64,000 nt of DNA from the NCBI GenBank assembly GCA_965116605.1, contig OZ220697.1:1617427-1681426 (forward strand), written 5' to 3'. Source of the DNA: Dehalococcoidia bacterium. GTDB lineage: Bacteria > Chloroflexota > Dehalococcoidia > Lucifugimonadales > UBA2962. The position numbers were made by a program, and so were the translations under genes. The stretch's first letter is position 1, and every line of letters starts with the position of its first letter. This document shows, piece by piece, positions 9,446-17,990 of the stretch. The notes under the pieces were generated by a model. The model worked only from the letters and a program-made list of their open reading frames with translations, had not been told where the DNA came from and ran no database searches.

Positions 9446-10633
9446 GTGAGTGGCGAACCACAGCTATACAAGATCAACCCCTCGACACGGGAATCGGTGG
9501 CGCTGCGCGAAGTCGAATTCGCGCGATTGGGCTTGCAGGAGCGGTCGGACATACAAGAGTGGGTTGCGGCCAATCCCGGCATCATAGGCGAGGACCTACT
9601 TGTGATCTCCAAGGAGTTCAGCGGCTTCGACCGCACCAGCGAGAGGCTCGACCTGCTAGCTGTTGATGCCAATGGCCGACTCATCGTCATCGAGTTGAAA
9701 CGCGATGACTCGGGGGCGGACGCCTATTGGCAGGCCATCAAGTATGCAAGCTATATTCGCCGGGCCAGCGCGGATCAGATCATTAGCATGCTTGCCAGTC
9801 ATGCGGAGGTCTCGGAGGAGGAGGCTGGCACCATGCTGTTGAATCATCTGGACTCGGACGGTCTCGATTCGCTCAACAACGATCAGCGCATCATCCTCGC
9901 AAGCCACAGATTTGCTCCGGAAGTAACTTCTGCGGCTCTGTGGCTCAACGAGAAAGCCCCTGATGAGAACTTGATTACTTGCATCCAACTGACTCCATAC
10001 CGCGATGAAGAAACCAATTCCCTATACGTCCAAGCGAACACCATCATCCCGGTACCTGGCGAGGAAGACTATCAAATCCAAATCGGTAGCAGGCAGCTGC
10101 AGGCGGGTGCCAGCGGATTCGCGCAGAATCTCCAAAAGACTTACGACCGCAACCAAAGGGACGAAGTCACCCGCTTCCTGAGAAGAGCTGCAGACCTTGC
10201 ATTGGGCTCCCTCACTAAGGGCAAGAGACCAGACAAACGAAGCAGATGGGCCGGAGGTTGGGCTGGTGGAGCCTACGACCATCGCTACTACAGGGTTTGG
10301 TATTCGCACGCTCCCTGGAGCAATTGGGGAATGTCCTACAGGATGAATCTGTATCGCCTAGACGGCGAAACTAACCCGTGGAAGGTGAACGTCGAATTTG
10401 GCCACTTCTCTGACGAACTTGGGAGCAGGATCGCGAAACTGCAGATTCATGAAAGCCAAGAGATTGAAGACGATCGCATCGTGGTGACCCACACCAGCGA
10501 AGACTTGGACGACGCGTTTTCTCATAGGTTAGGCGATACGCTCAGGCGTTTCATCGAAGCAATTACGCCTCTAGTCGACGGGTTCGACGGAGACGAGAAT
10601 CAAGAAGAGTCTCTGCCGGCCGGTATCCCATGA
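9446..10633 (+). CDS. NucS/DUF91-like PD-(D/E)xK nuclease domain protein (paralog 1)
   Basis: RLDLLAVDANGRLIVIELKRDDSGADAYWQAIKYASY fits the NucS C-domain-type motif (D..D..G..VViElKR..a....Q...Y). The N-terminal region is collinear with the ORF at 28187..29248. Confidence 0.65.
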   Translation: MSGEPQLYKINPSTRESVALREVEFARLGLQERSDIQEWVAANPGIIGEDLLVISKEFSGFDRTSERLDLLAVDANGRLIVIELKRDDSGADAYWQAIKYASYIRRASADQIISMLASHAEVSEEEAGTMLLNHLDSDGLDSLNNDQRIILASHRFAPEVTSAALWLNEKAPDENLITCIQLTPYRDEETNSLYVQANTIIPVPGEEDYQIQIGSRQLQAGASGFAQNLQKTYDRNQRDEVTRFLRRAADLALGSLTKGKRPDKRSRWAGGWAGGAYDHRYYRVWYSHAPWSNWGMSYRMNLYRLDGETNPWKVNVEFGHFSDELGSRIAKLQIHESQEIEDDRIVVTHTSEDLDDAFSHRLGDTLRRFIEAITPLVDGFDGDENQEESLPAGIP

Positions 10634-10740
10634 AGTTAAGCGCCGTTGCAGGGAAGTAGCCGTGGAACCCTCATGCAATCTCATTGCAGGTCTCAACTAT
10701 CGCCGCCTCCTTTCTCGTGCATGGTTCTCAACTGGACTGC

Positions 10741-10860
10741 GCCTTCCTTGACCACCGTCGCACTCCAATCTCGAGCTTTCGCTCATGCCCGATAGGGATG
10801 ACGTGGTGGTCTTTGCAAATGCAGACTCTCTGAATACACCAAGTGCTGGGGCTCCACCGA
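10741..10860 (-). mobile_element. Solo right-end remnant of a diverged IS256-family element
   Basis: CCTTCCTTGACCACCGTCGC...GGATGACGTGGTGGTCT...GAATACACCAAGTGCTGGG aligns block by block with the right ends of the two full IS copies (CCTTTCCTTGACCACCGTCGC...GGATGACGCGGTGGTCT...TAATACACCACGTGCTGGG). No transposase body follows. Confidence 0.6.
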
Positions 10861-10917
10861 ACCCGCCCAAAAGCTACGTCCACTGAGCGCGCTTGGGACG
10901 TTCCTGTTAGGGCATAA

Positions 10918-11820
10918 CAAACGAGAAAGCTATTCGCACTAACCGCGATTGCGACGTTAGGGCTGGTGGGATGCGTGGACGCTGGGACTGGTGCCGAGAT
11001 GGATGCAACGGTCGAAGCGTCTCTATCCGTTGAACGGGCAACAGACGCTCAGACTGAGGCGACCAAACAAGTCCTAGATCTCGCCACCACCATTCCAAAG
11101 CCTATTTTCCCGGCCCTGCCCTCGCAAGCTCAATCGCCCAGCCCCACAACCACAACCACCCTGACACCGGCAACTAACAAGGACCACTATGACACCACTT
11201 CCCGGCCTGTGGAGCTAGCCGTCGAGGTTCCGCCGACTGGACAATTCACATCCGTCAGCGCGGGTTCCTCTCACGCCGCACGCGTGAGAGCCGACGGCAG
11301 CGTCGCCTGCTGGGGCGTTGACATCCATGGCCGCACTTCGCCGCCCAAGGGACAGTTAAACTCCGTCAGCGCCGGGTGGTCTCACACCTGTGGGCTGAGG
11401 GCCGACGGCGTCGTAGATTGCTGGGGCTGGGACGAATACGGCCAGGCCTCGCCGCCGCAAGGGCAATTTGCCGCCGTAAGCGCCGGGTACGATCACACCT
11501 GCGGGGTCGAGGTTGACGGTGCCATGTCCTGCTGGGCGAACAATCTGAACGGACAAGCCTGGCCGCCCACTGGCGAATACGCCACCGTCAGCGCCGGGGA
11601 AAGTCTCACCTGCGGGGTGAGGACCGACGGCACCGTCGCCTGCTGGGGATCGGGTGACTTCGGCCAAGCCGCTTCGCATGGAGGGTAGTTTGCCGCCGTC
11701 AGCGCCGGGTATTATCACACCTGCGGGGTGAGGACCGATGGCACCGTCGCCTGTTGGGGGTCGGACAATTCAGGCCAAGCCGCTCGGACCGGCGGGATTC
11801 GAAGAATCAGCGAGAGGTAG
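10918..11820 (+). pseudogene. RCC1-repeat lipoprotein gene, in-frame TAG at 11686 and no canonical start
   Basis: Repeats of the type SVSAG.SHTCG.R.DG.V.CWG...GQ..PP recur. The TAG at 11686 sits where the other repeats have Q/E (GQF/GQL/GEY), and one more full repeat follows in frame up to the stop at 11818-11820. A lipobox (LGLVGC) is encoded upstream of the track's GTG start. No ATG, GTG or TTG lies between it and the upstream stop at 10915. Confidence 0.6.
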
Positions 11821-11851
11821 GCATTTGAGCGGGCGCCGCCCAACCTTGTGG

Positions 11852-13603
11852 CTAACCCTCCATTGCCTCCCTGATCCGGGCGTCGATCGCCGACCGGGCA
11901 TCTTCATGAGCCACAAGGATCAGCAGGGCCCGGGCCCTGGACAATCCCACGTATAGCAGTGACTGGACCATCTGATCTTCCACGTCCTCTATGTCGACTA
12001 CGATTACCACCCTGCTCTCAAGTCCCTTGAACGAGTGGATCGTCGAGAACCTCAGGCAGTCCGCGGGAGCGTCCAGTGACCGCGAGCAGTCGACGAGCGG
12101 GATACCGTTGAGCCTTTCGAACGGGGCAAGGGCGGAGTTCTCAAGCCGCCGGGGCGACAGGACGATCACCTCGTCCGCGCCTACTCCGCCCCTTGCCAGT
12201 CGGTCGATGGTCTCCCCGAGGGCCTTCTCCAGCCCGGACCTGGTCCGCCAGTAGCGGCGCTCGACCGGCAGCCCTGCCTCATGGCCAAGTCTGAACGGCG
12301 GCCTATTGAATCCCCCGAAGATAGCCGCCTCTTCGGCGATGGCCCGCGTGTTGCGGCAGTTGAGTGTCAGCCTCGCCCTGACGAAGTGCTCGCAGTAGTC
12401 CGAGAGGTCTACGGCGGACTCGGAGGCGGCGCCGTAGAGGACCTGTCCGGTAAAGTCCCCGAAGATCCCCCACGTCCCTCCGGCCAGGCCTCCCCGTATT
12501 GCCCGGTTCGCAAGGTCGAGCGTGGTGCGGCGGAACAGATCTTGCGCCTCGTCCATCACCAGCACGTCGAACGGTCTATCCATCTCCTCCAGGGCGATCT
12601 CGCCGTAGAACGGATACAGCTCGTCAAAGAGCCCGGTAAAGTCGTCTCCTTCTATGGCATGGCGCTCGTGCTCGAGGAACTCCTCCCCCACGCTGCTGGC
12701 GGTCACTATCCCCCTGAGGGTCCTGTGCCAGGATCCTGCCGCTATCCCGGTGCCCTCCGTCTGTCTGGCCAGCCAGTCCCCGAGGAGGCGATTGAAGCAG
12801 ACGAAGAGCACCTTTTGTCCCGCCCTGTCCGCCCGCCGGGCGTACTCCAGGGCCAGCAGCGTCTTGCCGGTGCCGGCGGCCCCCTCGAAGAGGCACCTCG
12901 GGTTGGCCGCAAGCTCATCGAGGCGATCGTACTGCTCGCCGGTCAGGCTCAGGAGCCTTTCCTCGGTTCTTCCCAGCGAGACGGACCTTGCGACCACAAG
13001 ATCGAAACTGGGCCTGAGGTAGCCGACCAGCGACCTGATCTGGGATGTGGTCGGAAGAGACTCGCCGCTGCGCTGCTGGAACTGCCTCAGCCGACTTTCG
13101 ACGACCCGCTTGATGGACGAGGAGACAGGTCGCCGAAGGTCCTCGGCGTCGATCACGTCGCTTCGCTCGAATTCCGGACTGTCCGGCGGACAGGCAACGT
13201 CGGGGAACACGACCGCGAACCCGATCGGACAGGTCGCCTCGGGGGAGGCCCGACCGAAATGGTCTGCGATCGCCCTGCGCAGGGCGAACATGGACTCCCT
13301 GGCCTGGGCGAACGGGCTCTTCTTGAGGTCTGTGGACCGCCCGTACCGATCCATCGTGCGCCAGATCCCGTCCCGGCACGAGACCCGTCCGCCCTTTACC
13401 TCAAGGCAGACGACTCCCTCGCCCGGGACGATTACGACGAAGTCTATCTCCCCGTAAGGGCCCGTCGGCCTGCGCGCCAGCCCGAGAGAGTGAATGACCG
13501 TCCATCCCGCTGTGTCCGGGTCGTGCTCGAGCAGGTCGAAGATCCGCCTCTCGGCAGAGCTCTCGACCGCCTCGTCGATCTGTGCAGGGATCATTCTGGA
13601 CAT
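11852..13603 (-). CDS. NERD-domain / superfamily-1 (UvrD-like) helicase fusion
   Basis: The N-terminus (ERRIFDLL...YGEIDFVVIVPGEGVVCLEVKGG) is NERD-like. It is followed by Walker A GAAGTGKT, Walker B VLVMDEAQD, then STIHSFKGLESRVVIVVD and LLYVGLSRARALLILV, typical of UvrD/Rep-like C-termini. Confidence 0.8.
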   Translation of the reverse strand: MSRMIPAQIDEAVESSAERRIFDLLEHDPDTAGWTVIHSLGLARRPTGPYGEIDFVVIVPGEGVVCLEVKGGRVSCRDGIWRTMDRYGRSTDLKKSPFAQARESMFALRRAIADHFGRASPEATCPIGFAVVFPDVACPPDSPEFERSDVIDAEDLRRPVSSSIKRVVESRLRQFQQRSGESLPTTSQIRSLVGYLRPSFDLVVARSVSLGRTEERLLSLTGEQYDRLDELAANPRCLFEGAAGTGKTLLALEYARRADRAGQKVLFVCFNRLLGDWLARQTEGTGIAAGSWHRTLRGIVTASSVGEEFLEHERHAIEGDDFTGLFDELYPFYGEIALEEMDRPFDVLVMDEAQDLFRRTTLDLANRAIRGGLAGGTWGIFGDFTGQVLYGAASESAVDLSDYCEHFVRARLTLNCRNTRAIAEEAAIFGGFNRPPFRLGHEAGLPVERRYWRTRSGLEKALGETIDRLARGGVGADEVIVLSPRRLENSALAPFERLNGIPLVDCSRSLDAPADCLRFSTIHSFKGLESRVVIVVDIEDVEDQMVQSLLYVGLSRARALLILVAHEDARSAIDARIREAMEG

Positions 13604-13790
13604 GTTCTGGTCATCGCAAGCGCATGGAACTTCCGACCCGCGGCAGAGGACCTACGCAGGTGCCGGAGAGCCGGCAGGCAATGCCATCAATCGGCCGCCG
13701 GCAATCCCGTCAGCTTTCGCGGGTCGGTCCCAGTACCATACTGGCTGGCTGCGAAACAGTGGAGTCGAGGTCAGCTCTTTGGCTATCAAG

Positions 13791-14603
13791 GTGGTCTCCT
13801 GGAACATAGGCGGCAAGGTGGAGCCCTGGCACAGTCTGCTCGGGATGGACGCGGACGTCGCCCTGCTGCAGGAGGCCGGCCGGCCGCCCGGGGACCTGGC
13901 CAGTCCGATCGCAGTCGATCCCGCGCCGTGGAGGACCGCGGGCTGGACCGGATGGCCCCGCCGGACGGCAGTTGCCAGGCTCTCGGAACGCGTCGAGATG
14001 GAGTGGGTCGCTGCACGACCCCTCGAGGAGGCTCGTGCGGGGGACCTCGCCGTCAGCCGCCCCGGGACGGTCACGGCCGCACACGTCTGTGCTCCCGGTG
14101 TGGACCCGTTCATTGCCGTCTCGATGTACTCGCTCTGGGAGAGCCCCCACGCCTCGACCAATAGCGGCTGGATAGTCTCGGATGCCTCCGCACACCGGGT
14201 CGTCTCAGACCTGTCCGCGTTCATCGGGACTCAGCACGGTCACCGCATCCTGGCCGCGGGCGATCTGAACATCCTCCGCGGCCAGGGAGAGGGCGGGAGC
14301 TGGTACTGGGCAGGGCGCTATCAAACGGTGTTCGACAGGATGGAGGCGCTGGGGCTGAAGTTCGTGGGCCCGCAGGCGCCCGACGGGCGGCAGGCGGACC
14401 CATGGCCGGCCGAGCTGCCCCCCGGCAGCGGGAACGTCCCCACGTACTACCCGAGAGGCGGGAGTCCGGCAACGGCCACCCGCCAGTTGGACTTCGTGTT
14501 CGCGTCCAGTGCAATGGCCGATTGTGTTCGCGTGCGTGCCCTTAACGACCCGGACGACTGGGGTTCCAGCGACCACTGCCGCGTGGAGATCGATATCACA
14601 TAG
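13791..14603 (+). CDS. Endonuclease/exonuclease/phosphatase (EEP) family protein
   Basis: VVSWNIGG, DVALLQE, GDLNI and SDHCRVEIDI are in EEP order. The long ORF-track start (13494) overlaps the helicase and is unlikely. GTG 13791 or TTG 13779 are the plausible starts. Confidence 0.75.
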   Translation: MVSWNIGGKVEPWHSLLGMDADVALLQEAGRPPGDLASPIAVDPAPWRTAGWTGWPRRTAVARLSERVEMEWVAARPLEEARAGDLAVSRPGTVTAAHVCAPGVDPFIAVSMYSLWESPHASTNSGWIVSDASAHRVVSDLSAFIGTQHGHRILAAGDLNILRGQGEGGSWYWAGRYQTVFDRMEALGLKFVGPQAPDGRQADPWPAELPPGSGNVPTYYPRGGSPATATRQLDFVFASSAMADCVRVRALNDPDDWGSSDHCRVEIDIT

Positions 14604-14889
14604 AGCCAGTCGCAGTAGCGAGTAGATTAGTAACCGAAGTCAGACTTCCCTATCCGACCGACCATTCCGGCCGGAGTTGGAATCGGTTGATGGTCCGGTT
14701 ATCGCCCGGAAGCTCGTAGGTTCGCTCAGACCAATTTGCTGCTCTGATTCACCTGCCGAATGTTGTCACTATCCGGGATGTCAAAGCATGGCGATGGAGT
14801 TTGAATGACCGCGCAGACAAGGTGCCAAAGTCCCTGCGGTTGACATATGATTTGCCCTCCCAAGTCCAGTGTAGGAGGCTGCCAGAACT

Positions 14890-14932
14890 ATGCCACAGTT
14901 CACCACTACGTCCGTTGATGAGGCCCGGAGGA
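14890..14932 (+). pseudogene. 5' fragment (14 codons) of a small ORF split by the IS256 insertion
   Basis: AGGAGG (14873-14878) then ATG 14890, MPQFTTTSVDEARR. The reading frame continues exactly at 16981 once the IS and one copy of the 8-bp duplication are removed. Confidence 0.6.
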
Positions 14933-14982
14933 GGTCACGTCCCGTCAAGTGGTGTATTAGGGCGTCATCCTGTTGATGATGT

Positions 14983-16184
14983 TCACGCAGCAGTTGGCTG
15001 TGGAAGCATCGCCTCCGGCGATGCTTCCAGTTCCTGATCAATGCCCGGAGATGTAAGCGTCAGGTAGCGGCGCCCGATAGCCCACTCGTCGTGCTGCTCT
15101 GCCAGCACCGCTCCCACCAGCCGGCGTGCAGCAGGCCGGTTCGGGAAGATACCGACCACATCCGTCCGTCTGCGGATCTCCTTGTTGAGCCGTTCCAGCG
15201 GGTTGTTCGACCAGATCTGCCTCCAGTGAGGTACAGGGAACGCCGTGAAGGCCAGGACGTCAGGACCCGCCTCGGACAGCATCGAGGCGGCCTGCGGGAA
15301 CCGGTCCTCGAGCTGGTCTATCACCCTGTGCAGCTGCGCATGCACCTCCTCGGCCGACGGCTGCTGGTAGACGGTCCTTACCATCGTCGCCACCGCCGGC
15401 TGCGCTCGCCTGGGCACACGGGTCAGCAGGTTGGTCATGAAGTGGGTGCGGCAGCGCTGCCAGCTCGCTCCCGCGAAGACCGTCGCGATCGCATCCCTCA
15501 GACCGCGGTGAGCATCGGATACCACCAGCTCCACACCATCCAGGCCTCGGTCGACCACAGAGCGCAGAAACGCCAGCCAGAAGGCACCGTCCTCGCTGGT
15601 CCCCACGTCCATGCCGACGATCTCGCGCTTGCCCTCGCCGTTGACCGCTGTCGCCACCACCACGCTCACGTTCACTATCCTGCCCGACTCCCTCACCTTC
15701 TGCGTCAGCGCATCCAGCCATACGTACCGGTAGGGACCTCCGTCCAGCGGCCGGCCCAGGAAGCTGTCGACCACCTCGTCGAGCTCTGAGCAGATACGTG
15801 AGACCTGGCTCTTTGAGATGCCCTCGCATCCCAGGGCCTTTACCAGGTCGTCCACCCGCCTCGTCGACACACCCTCCACGTATGCCTGCTGAATGACGCC
15901 CAACAGGGCTCGCTCGCTGCGCCGCCGCGGCTCCAGAAGGCTCGGGAAGTAGCTCCCCTCCCTCAGCCTGGGGATCCGAAGGTCCATCGTCCCAACACGT
16001 GTATCCCACTGCCTGGACCTGTACCCGTTGCGCTGGGTCACACGCTCCGTGCTGCGCTCCCTGTAGCCCGCACCGGTCCTGGCTGAGACCTCGGCATCCA
16101 TGATCCCTTCCACCAGGACCACCAGCGCCTCGCGCAGGAAATCCACGTCTCCGTCCGCACCACGCTTGCGCAATATCCCCAGCA
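14983..16184 (-). CDS. IS256-family (Mutator-type) transposase, exon 2; exon 1 is 16852..16873 (GTG) or 16852..16858 (ATG)
   Basis: The translation is nearly identical to the 407-aa ORF of copy 2, with few substitutions (e.g. SVVDRG/SVADRG, FLGRP/FLRRP, AIATVF/AIASVF). Typical strings are present: DGAFWLAFLRSV..GVELVVSDAHRGL..WQRCRTHFMTN. The track's 461-aa ORF reads on into the intron by chance. Confidence 0.9.
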
Positions 16185-16851
16185 GTAGGGTAGGCCGCCG
16201 GCGAGTTACTCCGGTTGGAGCACTTTTCCGTCGGCCCCCCTCCGAACCGTGCATGAACTTTTCAGTCTCACACGGCTCTCCAGTGACACTCGTCCAGGTT
16301 CTCAACCCGGATGGCACGGAAAGTGGTTTCGGCGTTACGCATTCCGCGCACCTCCCCACTCTCCGCACCGGTGCCGCCTGCCCCCCTTCGCCATGTACCG
16401 GGCTTTCCCCGGCTCGGACTACTACGAGGGCTCCGTGACCATAGGGCTCTCGCCCCGTAGGCCATCCCGCGTTACGGTGACACAGGACGTCCGAGCGCGA
16501 CTGTAGGTGCCCCGTTCATCCCCTTGTATGGCCTCATTGGTCATCGTCCGCTCGGCGGAGTTGCATCGGTCTGGACCTGTTACCGGTGCAACGAGCGGCG
16601 CCGGGTTACAAGCGTTCTACCGGCGGGTGAAAGGAACACCTTCCGGGAACTGGGGTTCAGGCAATCCAGCTTTCACCGTATCGCGCGGGTCTTGCGGAAC
16701 CGGCCCTACAACGCCTTCAGGCCGTAGCCGCTTTACCGACATGCTGTTTTCCCCATTGGCTTTCACCGCAAGGTAGGTCGGTTGACCCAAGAACTTTCTC
16801 CGAGTTCTTCCCGATTGAGTCGGGTATCCTATGCCGCGTCACGCGGCGCAC
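16185..16851 (-). ncRNA. ORF-less group II intron (self-splicing ribozyme / retroelement derivative)
   Basis: - Absent from IS copy 2.
- On the minus strand it starts GUGCG and ends CCUAC.
- Domain V is GAGCCGUGUGAGACUGAAAAGUUCAUGCACGGUUC (plus 16244-16278).
- The domain VI helix has a bulged A 7 nt from the 3' end.
- EBS2 UCCUUUC (plus 16629-16635) and EBS1 GGUCCA (plus 16572-16577) are complementary to the last 13 exon nt, GAAAGGAUGGACC.
- Excision restores the transposase frame. Confidence 0.9.
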
Positions 16852-16980
16852 GGTCCATCCTTTCCTTGACCACCGTCGCCCTCCTTGAGTTTTGTTGTTA
16901 GTCCTCTAAGGATGACGCGGTGGTCTCTCTTTATATAGATCCTCCTAATACACCACGTGCTGGGACGTTACTCCGGAGGA

Positions 16981-17228
16981 TCACAGGAGGAGGAAAGCGG
17001 CAGCTGGTACTGGCCGCGTATCTGGAGAGCATAAATGGTCTGTCCCGCGGGGTCGCCGGCAAGGTGGTCGCCTCCGAAGGAGAATCTCTCTCGACGGACA
17101 GGCGAAGGCTCGGAGACGCAGTCCGCCTGTCAGGAAGAGACATCGAAATAGTCCGCACCGACGATGCCATCTACTTCTGGCTGAGCGAACGTCGGCGAAG
17201 GGGCCGCCCGAGGACTGGCCGGGCCTAG
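16981..17228 (+). pseudogene. 3' fragment of the small ORF split by IS256 copy 1 (reconstructed product 96 aa, unknown function)
   Basis: ITGGGKRQLVLAAYLESINGLSRGVAGKVV...IYFWLSERRRRGRPRTGRA is in frame with 14890..14932 after removal of the IS and one duplication copy. Confidence 0.6.
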
Positions 17229-17315
17229 GACGCGCGCGCGGAAACGCTAGGTCTGACGTCCGTCTGTTGTCGAGCCAACATGCGGTGATTTCTCCCGTGC
17301 GCCGGCGTTGCGCAG

Positions 17316-17984
17316 TTACGTGAGCGCGACGCGATAGGACGTCAGGATTTCCTCGACGTAGACACGACCAGCGCCGTCGCTGAGACTCCGGTTGTCGGGC
17401 GGGACGGGTAAAGGTCCGCCTTCAACTTCTTCGAAACAACCGGCTGGACAGCGGTCGCCAAAGAAGACGTAGGCGTATCCCTCGGGCTCTTGGTGCGAAC
17501 GCCAGGTCAGGCCTTCAGCCCAGGGCGACCAGTTTCTAGTCGCCGAGCACCAGCGGCGTGTCATCGCGTAGTCGCTGGCGTCCGAAGCGGTCAGCCAGGT
17601 GTCCTGACCGACTGCTGCAAGATCTTTGCCTGAGCGGAGGCTAATCAATTCCAGGTCGCGCGTCGTGCGCAGCCAGCCGATTCTCCGCCTCGCGAGGCTG
17701 GCGCGCGGTAGCAGACGTGCACCTCGTTCGTCGATTGGAATGTCACGCAGCAGCACTTCGGCCACGGTGGTGCAGTCGTCCCCGGCAGCGTAGAGGAAAG
17801 GGTACTCATCGCCGGGCGTTGCATCGAATCGGCCACCCCTGAGGCCGCTATTTGCCACGGTTGGATTGAACTGGAGTGCACCGAAAGCTGTGCTGTGGAT
17901 GCGGGTTAGTGTAGTTCCTGCTGGCAGCAGGAGGCGGACCGGTGAGCCATCGTAGATTAAAGGGGGTTGGTGGATGGGCGACAA
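17316..17984 (-). CDS. RES-domain toxin (RES/Xre type II TA)
   Basis: 222 aa. The GGRFD motif, downstream conserved acidic and Ser positions, and the pairing with an upstream MbcA/ParS-like gene 6 nt away all fit the RES family. Confidence 0.7.
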   Translation of the reverse strand: MSPIHQPPLIYDGSPVRLLLPAGTTLTRIHSTAFGALQFNPTVANSGLRGGRFDATPGDEYPFLYAAGDDCTTVAEVLLRDIPIDERGARLLPRASLARRRIGWLRTTRDLELISLRSGKDLAAVGQDTWLTASDASDYAMTRRWCSATRNWSPWAEGLTWRSHQEPEGYAYVFFGDRCPAGCFEEVEGGPLPVPPDNRSLSDGAGRVYVEEILTSYRVALT

Positions 17985-17990
17985 TCCCGG

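Larger units (their letters stand above)
14933..16972 (-). mobile_element. IS256-family insertion sequence, copy 1 (carries a 667-bp intron), with 8-bp target duplication
   Basis: Imperfect terminal inverted repeats: GGTCACGTCCCGTCAAGTGGTGTATTAGG (left) versus the reverse complement of the right end, AGTAACGTCCCAGCACGTGGTGTATTAGG. The direct repeat CCGGAGGA is at 14925-14932 and 16973-16980. The element is 2040 bp, or 1373 bp without the intron, the same length as copy 2. Confidence 0.9.

Noticed and set aside
12281-14164. Very long antisense or overlapping ORFs. Examples are 12281..14164 (+, 627 aa), 45278..46636 (+, 452 aa), 32442..33617 (+, 391 aa), 49807..50832 (-, 341 aa) and 35067..35738 (+).
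   Set aside because: They are Arg/Pro/Gly-rich, low-complexity translations lying opposite genes with clear family motifs. These are typical GC-rich shadow ORFs.
14983-16368. The 461-aa ORF suggests a longer transposase isoform in IS copy 1.
   Set aside because: Everything N-terminal to ..LLGILRK is a translation of the group II intron, which happens to stay open in frame. Copy 2 shows the real N-terminus (MVKERMDLLGILRK), and it is restored only by removing 16185-16851.
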